Positions 39,961 to 49,064 of a stretch of 64,000 nt of DNA are shown piece after piece. Both the position numbers and the translations under genes were made by a program. Below the pieces are notes generated by a model. The model did no database searches. It saw nothing but the letters and a program-made list of their open reading frames with translations, and was not told the DNA's origin. This DNA comes from Parcubacteria group bacterium (GTDB lineage: Bacteria > Patescibacteriota > Minisyncoccia > Phycocordibacterales > Phycocordibacteraceae). The stretch covers positions 464,065 through 528,064 of the forward strand of contig JAQBRE010000002.1 of NCBI GenBank assembly GCA_028286605.1, written 5' to 3'. Every line of letters begins with the position of its first letter. The stretch's first letter is position 1.

Positions 39961-41835
39961 TTAAAAAGCTTCAGGGTCAATAAGGACACGAACTGAGGGC
40001 GGAAGGGCATGCAGGCGGCTCGAAAGCTCCTGTTCAGGCCATACGCCTTCTGGAAGACGCAGCACATATGAACGACGCGCCTGAGTGCGCGTAAGCGAGC
40101 GATCAGGAAGAATGGTGAATGCGTATGCGGCGATAGCTTCACGGATAGGCGTGTCGAGTGCGTCAAGCTGCGTACGTGTCGCTTCAGCCTGTAGCGCAAT
40201 GAGCGTGCCGAACGGCGGATAGCCGAGCGCTTTGCGTAGACCGGATTCTTCTTTGAAGAATCCGGTTGTCTCAGGATGTTCAATTGCATTCGCTGCGGCG
40301 TCCTCAGGCAAACGCGTACCAAGCAGGACGCGATTCGCCATTGAGGTGAGAAGAAGACCGAGTCGCACGAAGCGTTCGCGCGCGCGCCAGAACGGCAGAG
40401 CAAGCAAACTATCTGCAGAGGCTACGACCGCAAGATTGAACTGGTGCGCATGTACGGCGAGCAGCCACGGAAGCGCACCTTCCGTACCGATGACGATTGT
40501 GTTCGGCTCACCCGCACCCTCGAGCGCTTTCTTCGCCATAGCGATAGTGCGAACCGTGTCGCCATCGAAACGGATGATGCGAGCATCAGGAAACGCTGAA
40601 CGCATTTCCTCTTCAACTCGCTCAACGCCCACGCCAAGCGGCATAAGGTTCCAGCTGCCGCATATGGCACAAAGTACGTTCGTACTCTCGATGACGCGGC
40701 CGTCAACGCTCCTGAATGCGCGACCGTGCGGACCTTCTTTCGTGAAGGTGAGGACGTTACCGAATTCATCAGTACGCGCCGTGCCGCAATCCCTGCAGAT
40801 AACGCTCGGTGCGTACCCCTTACGCACCGCAAGCACCAATGCACGACCTCCATCGTTCAGAACATTCGCGATCTCTTCGCGCATTAGCTTCGGCACTGCC
40901 GCCCACGCTTCTTGCTCAGTTTCTAGCACCACTGCTTCACCAGGCTTCGGCTTAACTTCTTCTATCTTTTCACGACGCAAATCCAGTATGGAAACGCTGC
41001 TTGGCGCAGCAACGAGAGGAGCTTCAGTATACGTACGATATTCAAGCGGAAGCGGATAGTCTCCGTATGCAAGCTGCAGGGAACGGGAGCGAGCGAGTTC
41101 GGTGAGGGCGATGCGGAAATCAAGATACGGACGCTTCGGCGAGCGATAGCTGCCGGCGCCCGTACGCTCGATGATGATACTGCCAAGCGTGAGTATCGGC
41201 GTCCACGAGAATAAAGGAGTAGCGATAACGAGGCCGGTGGAAGACACCGCGGCCTGTAGCGCCGCTTCGCGGCGCCTTCCCGTTATCGCACCTGAAAGCA
41301 CCAATGGTTTCTTATCAGCGAACTCCTGCTTCCAATACTCAGTCTCGGCTATCGTCGGCACCACGATAAGCGTTGCAACAGCATGAACGGCATTCGCCTC
41401 AACGATAGCGCGATAGCGCGCTGCGCGCGCCTCAAGCGGCATCTCAACCGTATCAATAGAAAACCCTGTACCATGCTTCATCTCTATCGTGTCCGCCAAC
41501 GATAAGTCACTTCTAATATGCTCGCCGAACAAGCTCGCGAGCGCGCTACCAAGCGTCGCCGCGTGCAATTGCGCAATGCCTTCCGCAGCGCTTCGTAAGC
41601 TTTCCGGCAGCACGCTCGAGGCATGTGGCACCGTCTTCGTCAGCATGAAGGTCGCATTCTTCAGCACTGCTTTCGCTTCTGCAACGCTCTGGCAACTCAC
41701 CACCAACCCCTGCACTATCCTTCTACGTAGCGAGACTTCAACAATGGTCCCTTCGGCAAGCGCATCACGGCTCCTATACGAAAGCGTTCCGGGAGGAGCC
41801 GTGCGCGAGAAGGGAATAACTTCGACCACATACAT
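39961..41835 (-). CDS. priA: Primosomal protein N', helicase motifs degenerate
   Basis: N-terminal 3'-DNA-binding-like region; RKGYAP..ICRDCG; GVGVERVEE; YPPFG. Confidence 0.85.
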   Translation of the reverse strand: MYVVEVIPFSRTAPPGTLSYRSRDALAEGTIVEVSLRRRIVQGLVVSCQSVAEAKAVLKNATFMLTKTVPHASSVLPESLRSAAEGIAQLHAATLGSALASLFGEHIRSDLSLADTIEMKHGTGFSIDTVEMPLEARAARYRAIVEANAVHAVATLIVVPTIAETEYWKQEFADKKPLVLSGAITGRRREAALQAAVSSTGLVIATPLFSWTPILTLGSIIIERTGAGSYRSPKRPYLDFRIALTELARSRSLQLAYGDYPLPLEYRTYTEAPLVAAPSSVSILDLRREKIEEVKPKPGEAVVLETEQEAWAAVPKLMREEIANVLNDGGRALVLAVRKGYAPSVICRDCGTARTDEFGNVLTFTKEGPHGRAFRSVDGRVIESTNVLCAICGSWNLMPLGVGVERVEEEMRSAFPDARIIRFDGDTVRTIAMAKKALEGAGEPNTIVIGTEGALPWLLAVHAHQFNLAVVASADSLLALPFWRARERFVRLGLLLTSMANRVLLGTRLPEDAAANAIEHPETTGFFKEESGLRKALGYPPFGTLIALQAEATRTQLDALDTPIREAIAAYAFTILPDRSLTRTQARRSYVLRLPEGVWPEQELSSRLHALPPSVRVLIDPEAF

Positions 41836-41916
41836 CCCTCTATCGTATCAAATTAGATTTGAATCTTTATGAAGTCGTGATAGGTTCTGTCCAGAGTTCA
41901 TCAGGGAGAGTTTACG

Positions 41917-42111
41917 ATGCACCGTATAACATTCATGCCGCTCGCAAGGAATCGCTATCGAGTACAGGTTGATCACTATCTGACCAAGCAGGTAGTGAAG
42001 CGGCACCAAATCGCAGCAACGCGCAGCATGCTTCAGAGCAGGGCGCGAATGCCCGAGCGGCTTCCCGAATTGGTTTCCTACAGAGAAAACATACATAGGG
42101 AGCGGTGGTAA
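41917..42111 (+). CDS. Small hypothetical protein
   Basis: AGGGAG SD; long hairpin terminator directly after the stop. Confidence 0.55.
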   Translation: MHRITFMPLARNRYRVQVDHYLTKQVVKRHQIAATRSMLQSRARMPERLPELVSYRENIHRERW

Positions 42112-42113
42112 TT

Positions 42114-42164
42114 AAAAAGCCGCCACATACAAAAGCCGTTGCGCTTTTGTATGTGGCGGCTTTT
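42114..42164. terminator. Long bidirectional hairpin terminator
   Basis: AAAAGCCGCCACATACAAAAGC / GCTTTTGTATGTGGCGGCTTTT. Confidence 0.85.
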
Positions 42165-42174
42165 GTGTTGATGA

Positions 42175-42972
42175 CTAGAACGCGATCGTGAACGTCTTGC
42201 CTGCATCGCGAACAACTATGTGCTTCGCGTCGAAGGTTGCCGCTGCGGGCTGAAGGCCCGTGTAGAGCGGTGCGAAGAATTGCGGCTTGAGCGGATCGAT
42301 TTCAATCACAGCAAGTACGCTTCCGTAGGAAACGATGAGTGCATCCTGGCGGCCAGGATACGGAAGGACGGCGCGAAGCGGTGCTGTTGGTGCGAAGACA
42401 ACTGTCGTTGCGCAGGTGCCGCCGATGCAAAGGTATGAAGGAGGTACCGCGCCGGTAGTTGTTGCGGGAGATGCGACGATGCGATTATTCAGAACGTATA
42501 CGTTCGCGTTTCCATTTTCCATAACGAGCGGCTTCGTTTCGCTTGGCGGTACATACGAAGTGATGTCTGTGTTCGCTGCATCTGCCTGCGCTGCCGTTAC
42601 GAAGACCGCTTCACCCTTTAGCGGCACGAGGATCGGAGACGCCTTCGTGTCCATTCGTGGAGAAATGCTTATCACATCATTCCATGGGTTATCGCCAGGA
42701 ACATCTACGATGATGTTGTGGCTGCCTGGCTCAAGATCGATACGTACATCCTTGCCTACGGAAGTGGCGCGCTTGGTCTGGTCTGCATATACGACGCCGC
42801 CTGCAGGAATGCCTGAAAGAGTCAGGTTACCGGCGCGAACCACGGTGAAACTAGGACCAGGGCGGTAGCCGAGCGCATAGCCGATAACAAGCAGCACGAA
42901 GAGCAGTACTATGAGCAATAGCAATACGTGGCGGCGGATATAAGCCCAGATACGGAGAAGAATCGTATTCAT
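42175..42972 (-). CDS. Membrane-anchored PEGA-like domain protein
   Basis: TM ending YALGYR; GNLTL...PAGG.VY.D...LEPGSH. Confidence 0.7.
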   Translation of the reverse strand: MNTILLRIWAYIRRHVLLLLIVLLFVLLVIGYALGYRPGPSFTVVRAGNLTLSGIPAGGVVYADQTKRATSVGKDVRIDLEPGSHNIIVDVPGDNPWNDVISISPRMDTKASPILVPLKGEAVFVTAAQADAANTDITSYVPPSETKPLVMENGNANVYVLNNRIVASPATTTGAVPPSYLCIGGTCATTVVFAPTAPLRAVLPYPGRQDALIVSYGSVLAVIEIDPLKPQFFAPLYTGLQPAAATFDAKHIVVRDAGKTFTIAF

Positions 42973-42988
42973 AATAATGCTAACGATA

Positions 42989-44299
42989 TCACAGAGCTGA
43001 AATCTGTGCCCCAATAGAGGTGAGGCGGGAAATCAGTGCTTCATAGCCACGATTCACTATATATATGTTGCGAAGTATGGAGGTGCCTTCAGCGGCAAGC
43101 ATTGCGATGATAAGAATGGACGCAGGGCGAAGCGCCGGAGGCGCGACGATGTCTGCAGCGCGCAACTTCTTAGGCCCCGTTATCTGTATGCGATGCGGAT
43201 CGAGCAGCAGGGTGGTTGCACCCAAGTTATCGAGCTCCGTGTAATAAATAGCGCGCTTCTCGAAGACCCAATCGTTGATGAGCGTATCGCCATCGGCCTG
43301 TGTTGCAATCACGGCGAAGAACGGGAGGTTGTCTATGTTGAGACCAGGATACGGACGCGGATGAATGCGCTCTGGGTATGCAACAAGTTCCGACGGCTTG
43401 ATATGAATATCTACGAGTTTCGTAACGCCGTTCTCGGAAACGCCCGCATCGCTCAGCGTGAAAATGAGCCCCATCTTTTCAAGGATAGAAAGTTCGATCT
43501 CAAGAAACTCGATAGGTGCGTTCTTAACGGTAAGTTCTGATTTCGTAGTTGCAGCAGCCGCGATGAAGAACATCGCATCTATCGGATCTTCGCCGATAGT
43601 GCACTCGACATCCATATCGATATTTGAAACGCCCGTAACAGTTAGCGTCGAGGTGCCGAAGCCTTCTATCGTTACGCCAAGCTGCTGCAGGAACGCGCAC
43701 ACTTCCTGCACCTGATAGTTCGCCGATGCGTATTTTATGACTGACGTGCCAGGAATAAGCGCCGCTGCGAAAAGAGCGTTCTCGGTTGCGGTGTCGCTCG
43801 ACTCCTGAAGAACGATGGTCGCCGGCAGAAGCTTCGTATGCGAAACGATGAAGCGATCAGAACGAACTTCGATAGAAACGCCGAAGCGTTCGAGCGCCCA
43901 TAGGTGCGGACGAATCGTACGATTCCCGAAATCGCAGCCGCCGGACTGCGGAAGGTCAAAGGTCTTGAACTGATGAATCAGCGGACCGATGAACATCAGG
44001 ATGCTTCGCGTGCGAATAGCGGCTTCTGTATCAAGCCCATCAAGGGAAACCTTTTCTGGCGGGGTGATCTTCAGTGCATGATCGCTTCGCTCCACTTTCA
44101 CACCGATCGACTCAAGCACCTCAACGAGGCGATTGACTTCTTCGATGTTTGGCACTTTCTTCAACGTCGTCGTGCCTTTATTTAAAAGGGAAGCGGCAAG
44201 CAGTGCGACCGCGCCGTTCTTCGAGCGATTCGTGACGACAGATCCATGCAGCTTCTTTCCGCCTTCGATCACGAATCCCATTTCCGCAGCAGGTGCCAT
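42989..44299 (-). CDS. murA: UDP-N-acetylglucosamine 1-carboxyvinyltransferase
   Basis: SKNGA; GGCDFGNR with catalytic Cys; ATENAL; PYPG; RGYE. Confidence 0.96.
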   Translation of the reverse strand: MAPAAEMGFVIEGGKKLHGSVVTNRSKNGAVALLAASLLNKGTTTLKKVPNIEEVNRLVEVLESIGVKVERSDHALKITPPEKVSLDGLDTEAAIRTRSILMFIGPLIHQFKTFDLPQSGGCDFGNRTIRPHLWALERFGVSIEVRSDRFIVSHTKLLPATIVLQESSDTATENALFAAALIPGTSVIKYASANYQVQEVCAFLQQLGVTIEGFGTSTLTVTGVSNIDMDVECTIGEDPIDAMFFIAAAATTKSELTVKNAPIEFLEIELSILEKMGLIFTLSDAGVSENGVTKLVDIHIKPSELVAYPERIHPRPYPGLNIDNLPFFAVIATQADGDTLINDWVFEKRAIYYTELDNLGATTLLLDPHRIQITGPKKLRAADIVAPPALRPASILIIAMLAAEGTSILRNIYIVNRGYEALISRLTSIGAQISAL

Positions 44300-44389
44300 T
44301 GGTGGGTATTGTACACCGAAGAGATATGTATAAGAAAAGGCCCATCGCGTGGTGCGACGGGCCTTTGGCGAACGGCGTAACGAATTACG

Positions 44390-44614
44390 TCAGTGCCATC
44401 CGTTCTGAATTTTTTGCGAAAGCGTCGGCTCCGTCGTAACGCAGCCTTCGATTTCAACAGGACCCATGAAGCCGCTGAAGTGCTCGGTTTCGGTCGGGAA
44501 AAGCTTATCGCCACTAAAACCCTGGATCGTTTTCTCTTCCAGATATTTTTCAATAGTGACTTGCTTGAAATCCGAGCCGGCCGACTTGATCCAGAAATAG
44601 AATTGTTGAGACAT
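44390..44614 (-). CDS. Small hypothetical protein
   Basis: GGAGG SD; TTGACT-N17-CATAAT promoter; terminator downstream. Confidence 0.65.
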   Translation of the reverse strand: MSQQFYFWIKSAGSDFKQVTIEKYLEEKTIQGFSGDKLFPTETEHFSGFMGPVEIEGCVTTEPTLSQKIQNGWH

Positions 44615-44717
44615 TTGACACCTCCTCTACTATTATGTCCTATTTATATAGAATAGTCAATGGGAGTTCGGGTGCATATTTGTTGCCTATTCTTAAAAGA
44701 AGTATGATGTGCAGGTA

Positions 44718-45731
44718 ATGGCATCCTTTTCTCCGAAACTGGGTATCGATCTTGGCACGACCAATGTGCTTGTCTTCGTCCCTGGCCGCGGCGTCGTGCT
44801 GAATGAGCCCTCCGTCGTTGCGGTTTCCACGGAAACGAACAAAGTGCTCGCGATAGGCGCTGAAGCGAAAGCGATGATCGGCCGCACGCCCGACACCATC
44901 ACCGCATACCGCCCGATGAAAGACGGCGTGATCGCGGACTATCGCGTAACCGAAGCGATGCTTCGATACTTCATGCGCAAAGCGCTCGGCAAATGGAATC
45001 TCTTCAAGCCGATTGTTCTCATTTCCGTTCCTGCCGGCGTCACTTCAACCGAGAAGCGCGCGGTTATCGAAGCGGCAGCGAAAGCAGGAGCATCTAATGC
45101 GTTCGTCGTGAAGGAGCCTATCCTTGCAGCTATCGGTGCCGGCATTCCTATTCAGGAAGCGCTCGGCCGCATGGTTGCAGACATCGGTGGCGGCACTATC
45201 GACGTCGCCGTGATCTCGCTTGGCGGCATCGTCGCTTCAACGAGCGTGAAGTGCGCAGGCACGAAACTTGATCGCGCGATCATAGACTACGTGAAAAGGA
45301 AGTACAACCTCGCTATCGGCGACAAGACTGCAGAAGAAATAAAGATAACGATTGGTTCAGCTGTGCCGGTGAATGAAGAACTCGCGATGGCGGTGAAGGG
45401 TCGCGATTTGGTTTCCGGATTGCCGCGCACCATCGAGCTGAAGACTAATGAAGTGGTGCAGGCGATGAGCCGCGAGCTACGCGAGATGATGGGCGCTATC
45501 CGCAAAGTGCTTCAGGAAACGCCGCCGGAACTCGCCAGCGACATCATCGACAACGGCATCATCCTTACGGGCGGCACCTCGCAGCTCCGCCATCTTCCTG
45601 AACTCGTGTTCCGCCGCACCGGCGTGCAGAGCAAGCTCGCGCAGGATGCATACTTCTGCGTCGCGCGCGGTACGGGTATCGCGCTCAAGCATCTGGATAC
45701 CTACCAGAAGAGCATCATCTCGAAGCGCTAA
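44718..45731 (+). CDS. mreB: Rod shape-determining protein MreB
   Basis: GIDLGTTN; RPMKDGVIAD; DIGGGT; LTGG. Confidence 0.97.
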   Translation: MASFSPKLGIDLGTTNVLVFVPGRGVVLNEPSVVAVSTETNKVLAIGAEAKAMIGRTPDTITAYRPMKDGVIADYRVTEAMLRYFMRKALGKWNLFKPIVLISVPAGVTSTEKRAVIEAAAKAGASNAFVVKEPILAAIGAGIPIQEALGRMVADIGGGTIDVAVISLGGIVASTSVKCAGTKLDRAIIDYVKRKYNLAIGDKTAEEIKITIGSAVPVNEELAMAVKGRDLVSGLPRTIELKTNEVVQAMSRELREMMGAIRKVLQETPPELASDIIDNGIILTGGTSQLRHLPELVFRRTGVQSKLAQDAYFCVARGTGIALKHLDTYQKSIISKR

Positions 45732-45841
45732 AGAATTTATAAAATCTTTATGAAGAGAATTGAGGTTATCCCTCTACACAAGTAGGCGCTAAAGCCTTTG
45801 AGTTGAATATCATTTAAGTACGCCCTTCGGGGCGTTTTTAT

Positions 45842-46315
45842 ATGAAAGAAAACTCATCTGCAGAAAATAGAATTACAAAAATTATTTCGTTAGTGGACGA
45901 GTACTTTCTACTTGATAAAGGAGACCTGATAGATAATCATGTGGAACTTTTACGTATTGCTGACATTCCAAATAATGCATCTCTCAAACATCCGCATGCT
46001 CTATGTAGAGTTTATATCTCCAGAAGAGCACGAAAACATTTTGTTGAGGAACGAAAGGAGGCTTTTTTTATTAAGCATTCAGAAGTTGAAACTTTAGATG
46101 CAATACATTTTGCAATACGCATGATTAGCGACGTGCTGTCAGATTTTGATTATCTCGAATACGAACCTAAAACTATACCTTCAAAATATTTTTACTCGAA
46201 AGACTATCGAGACATCGGGCGTCCAGCAGTACGTATTCTTGTTGAGGAGAAAGAAAAAACGCTTCAAATACGTTCAATACATTTCCAAACCCGTGACGAT
46301 GATAGGCAGAAATGA
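45842..46315 (+). CDS. Putative BECR-fold (PBECR-like) RNase
   Basis: VYIS....KHFVEE helix, I..VL..FD, YFYSK, RILVE, IRSIHF strand pattern; AT-rich. Confidence 0.5.
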   Translation: MKENSSAENRITKIISLVDEYFLLDKGDLIDNHVELLRIADIPNNASLKHPHALCRVYISRRARKHFVEERKEAFFIKHSEVETLDAIHFAIRMISDVLSDFDYLEYEPKTIPSKYFYSKDYRDIGRPAVRILVEEKEKTLQIRSIHFQTRDDDRQK

Positions 46316-46446
46316 AAAAACACCTCCTTGGAGGTGTTTTTTCTGCTCGGGATGACGGCAGGGATTTCTCCCATTTCATCCATGAGTACACCGTTTGATT
46401 GGTGTCCGCAGCAGGCCGATATAATTTTCTGTCGTCGAGCGTGAAC
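46316..46446 (-). ncRNA. Candidate structured small RNA convergent on the putative RNase
   Basis: TTGCAA-N17-TATACT at 46481-46453; closing stem, ACACC/GGTGT hairpin, GGGA-GAAA-TCCC hairpin; bidirectional terminator 46316-46342. Confidence 0.6.
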
Positions 46447-46534
46447 AGGGTAAGTATACAAAATTTACATACTGTTTGCAAGATAAAAATAGGGCCCGCA
46501 CGTAGGTGCGGGCCCTTCTTCGTTTGTCTTGCCG

Positions 46535-46987
46535 TTAGTCTTTATGCGCGAACAGCCACGCAAGATTGAACATGAACTTTTTTTCGTTTGGCTCATGTCC
46601 GACTCGTTGCGCCATCGACGAAGGATCGTGAGTGTCGAACGAGTCAGCATGATGACCGCTGCGCATGAACAGCGTGGCGCCGAACTTCACGATCGGGTGA
46701 TCGGCAGCATAGGCCCTGAAGGCAAGCTGGCTGGTGGTCATGTCCTGGCCGCTTTCAGGAACGCGCCACTCTTCAGCGGTGCGTTTGAGCGAATAGCTCG
46801 GCTCAACCGTGAAGCGCCCAAACGTAACCGTACTGTACGGCGCAGCCTGAATGTTCCAGGTGTAGTTGGAGGGTCGTTCAGCGAATGCCGCATCATGGAG
46901 ACGCTGCGCGTCGCCAGCTTCCTGCGCATGAGCGGGGAAGGCAAAGCTATAAAATAGAGCGAAAAGAGCGAAGAATGCTAAGCGCAT
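46535..46987 (-). CDS. Secreted beta-rich hypothetical protein
   Basis: Signal peptide AHA/Q; GAAGGGGG SD; ends FMFNLAWLFAHKD; own terminator. Confidence 0.7.
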   Translation of the reverse strand: MRLAFFALFALFYSFAFPAHAQEAGDAQRLHDAAFAERPSNYTWNIQAAPYSTVTFGRFTVEPSYSLKRTAEEWRVPESGQDMTTSQLAFRAYAADHPIVKFGATLFMRSGHHADSFDTHDPSSMAQRVGHEPNEKKFMFNLAWLFAHKD

Positions 46988-47111
46988 CGTAGTCCCCCTT
47001 CTGGTTACTGACATCCGAGCGCGAATGCACCCTGACCTGCACGTAGTATGCGCCCCGCACCCTTGGAATCAAGAGATTCTGGTGCGCGAGAAAATAGACT
47101 AGAATAGGGCC

Positions 47112-47819
47112 ATGGCGCACCACGCATATTTTGTAACAGGCGAAAGCGAGCAGGGAATCGAGCGTGCGCTTGCGCACGCTAAAAACGAGCTCGGCCTCAC
47201 GCGTGAAAATAATCCGGATCTAGTAGTGCTTCGGCATGGGCTGTTTTCTGTGGACGATGCCCGCAAGCTGGCGGACATGACGAATCGTGCTGCGATGAAC
47301 GGTTCACAGAAAGCGATCGTCGTCTCAGCGCTTCGCTTATTCCACGAAGCGCAGAACGCGATGCTAAAGATATTCGAAGAGCCGTCACCCGGCACGACAC
47401 TTATATTAGTTATTCCAGCCGAAGGCATGCTGCTGCCGACACTACGTTCACGATTACTTCCGCTTCCTTCTGCAACGATTGCCGAAGATGGGATAGAACA
47501 AACATCACCAGAAGTTCAAGCATTTCTTAAGGCAAGTTCACCGGAACGTGAAAAACTAGTCGCAAAGCTCCTGGATAGGGCAAAATCAGACACGGACACC
47601 GTTAAGCAGGGGGCTCGGAACGAAGCGGTGCTTCTTGTAGAAGGCTTGATCGAGGCTTCGTACGCTAAAAGGGAGGTAGCGAAGGATGCCGTTGAGCAGG
47701 AAGAGCTCATGGCGTTCCTCTCGGACCTCGACGCATTCCTTCCTATTCTTCATGAACGCTCGGCACCGTTAAAGCTCATATTTGAACACATATTACTGGT
47801 TATCCCCAAGGACCTTTGA
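47112..47819 (+). CDS. holB: DNA polymerase III delta-prime-like subunit
   Basis: HHAYFV.G; NPD; EAQNAMLKIFEEP; LLPTLRSR. Confidence 0.88.
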   Translation: MAHHAYFVTGESEQGIERALAHAKNELGLTRENNPDLVVLRHGLFSVDDARKLADMTNRAAMNGSQKAIVVSALRLFHEAQNAMLKIFEEPSPGTTLILVIPAEGMLLPTLRSRLLPLPSATIAEDGIEQTSPEVQAFLKASSPEREKLVAKLLDRAKSDTDTVKQGARNEAVLLVEGLIEASYAKREVAKDAVEQEELMAFLSDLDAFLPILHERSAPLKLIFEHILLVIPKDL

Positions 47820-47894
47820 ATATGGCCTAGTTGACGGATTAAAAGGTATCTGGTAAAGTTATAACACATTAATTCATTGCATTATCCAACTCTT

Positions 47895-48995
47895 ATGGCC
47901 GCAAAAAGCACCAAGAAGGTTCCTGCTAAGAAAAAGACCGCCACCAAGGCGGCAAGCAAGACTGCGGCCGTAAAGATGCCATTCGATAGTGCGGTGCTGG
48001 TCAAAAAGCTCCTTTCTGAGGTGCCGGAACGCGCTCGCGAAGTGCTCGTCTATCGTTTCGGCCTCGGCACTTCTGCAGACCGCGAGACCCTCGAGGCTAT
48101 CGGCGAGCGCTGGAGCATTACGCGTGAACGCGTACGACAGATCGAAGCAGCCGGCCTCGAAGCGATTCGCTCGAGCAAGGCATTCAAGGATGCGACCGGT
48201 TCATTCGATGAGCTCGCCGCATACGTGCGTACGCTCGGCGCCGTCGTTGAAGAAGAGACGCTCCTTAACGGACTCGCTTCAGACGAAAAGGCACGCAACC
48301 GTTTCCGTTTCCTTCTCGTCGTGGGGTCTGCATTCTTCCGCGAACGCGAGACAGACGAATTCTACGCACGCTGGCATGTTGACCACGCGACGGCTGAACT
48401 CGTGCACAAGGCTCTCACCAGCCTCTACGCGCAGCTTTCCGATACGCAGGACCTTGCCGAAGGCGAGATGATGGACAAGTTCCTCGACGAACTGAAGGAT
48501 ATCAACGAGGCATACCGCAACGAGGAAGTCCTCAAGCGTTGGCTCTCTCTTTCCAAGACGATCTCTTCGAACCCGCTCGCTGAATGGGGACGCGCTGAAG
48601 CTCCGGCTATCCGTACGAAGGGTATCCGCGACTACGCATACCTCGTTATAAAGCGTGCCGGCGCTCCTATGCACTTCTCTGACGTAGCGAAGTCCATCAG
48701 CACGATGTTCGCGAAGGAGGCTCATGTCGCAACCACGCACAACGAGCTCATCAAGGATGCTCGCTTCGTGCTGGTCGGTCGCGGCCTCTACGCGCTTTCT
48801 GAATGGGGCTACCAGCCAGGCGTCGTACGCGACGTCATCAAGGTCGTCCTTAAGAAGGAAGGTCCCCTTACGCGCGAACGCGTCATGGAAGAAGTGAAGA
48901 AGGTCCGCTACGTGAAGGACAACACGATTCTCGTGAACCTGAACGACCCGCGCTACTTCAAGCGCAACAAGAACGGCACGTACACCGTCGCGTAA
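47895..48995 (+). CDS. Sigma-70 region 4-like HTH plus C-terminal winged-helix (HARE-HTH-like) protein
   Basis: RFGL....RETLEAIG....ITRERVRQIE; PMHF; THNELIKDARFVLVGRGLYAL. Confidence 0.8.
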   Translation: MAAKSTKKVPAKKKTATKAASKTAAVKMPFDSAVLVKKLLSEVPERAREVLVYRFGLGTSADRETLEAIGERWSITRERVRQIEAAGLEAIRSSKAFKDATGSFDELAAYVRTLGAVVEEETLLNGLASDEKARNRFRFLLVVGSAFFRERETDEFYARWHVDHATAELVHKALTSLYAQLSDTQDLAEGEMMDKFLDELKDINEAYRNEEVLKRWLSLSKTISSNPLAEWGRAEAPAIRTKGIRDYAYLVIKRAGAPMHFSDVAKSISTMFAKEAHVATTHNELIKDARFVLVGRGLYALSEWGYQPGVVRDVIKVVLKKEGPLTRERVMEEVKKVRYVKDNTILVNLNDPRYFKRNKNGTYTVA

Positions 48996-49064
48996 TACAT
49001 TCCGTACACAGAAGAAGGGCCGGCTCCGCAGGAGCCGGCCCTTCTTCTTGCTATACTGCAGGCA

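Noticed and set aside
45749-45784. 11-codon ORF MKRIEVIPLHK after mreB
   Set aside because: It is too short to support, and the downstream hairpin is adequately explained as the mreB terminator.
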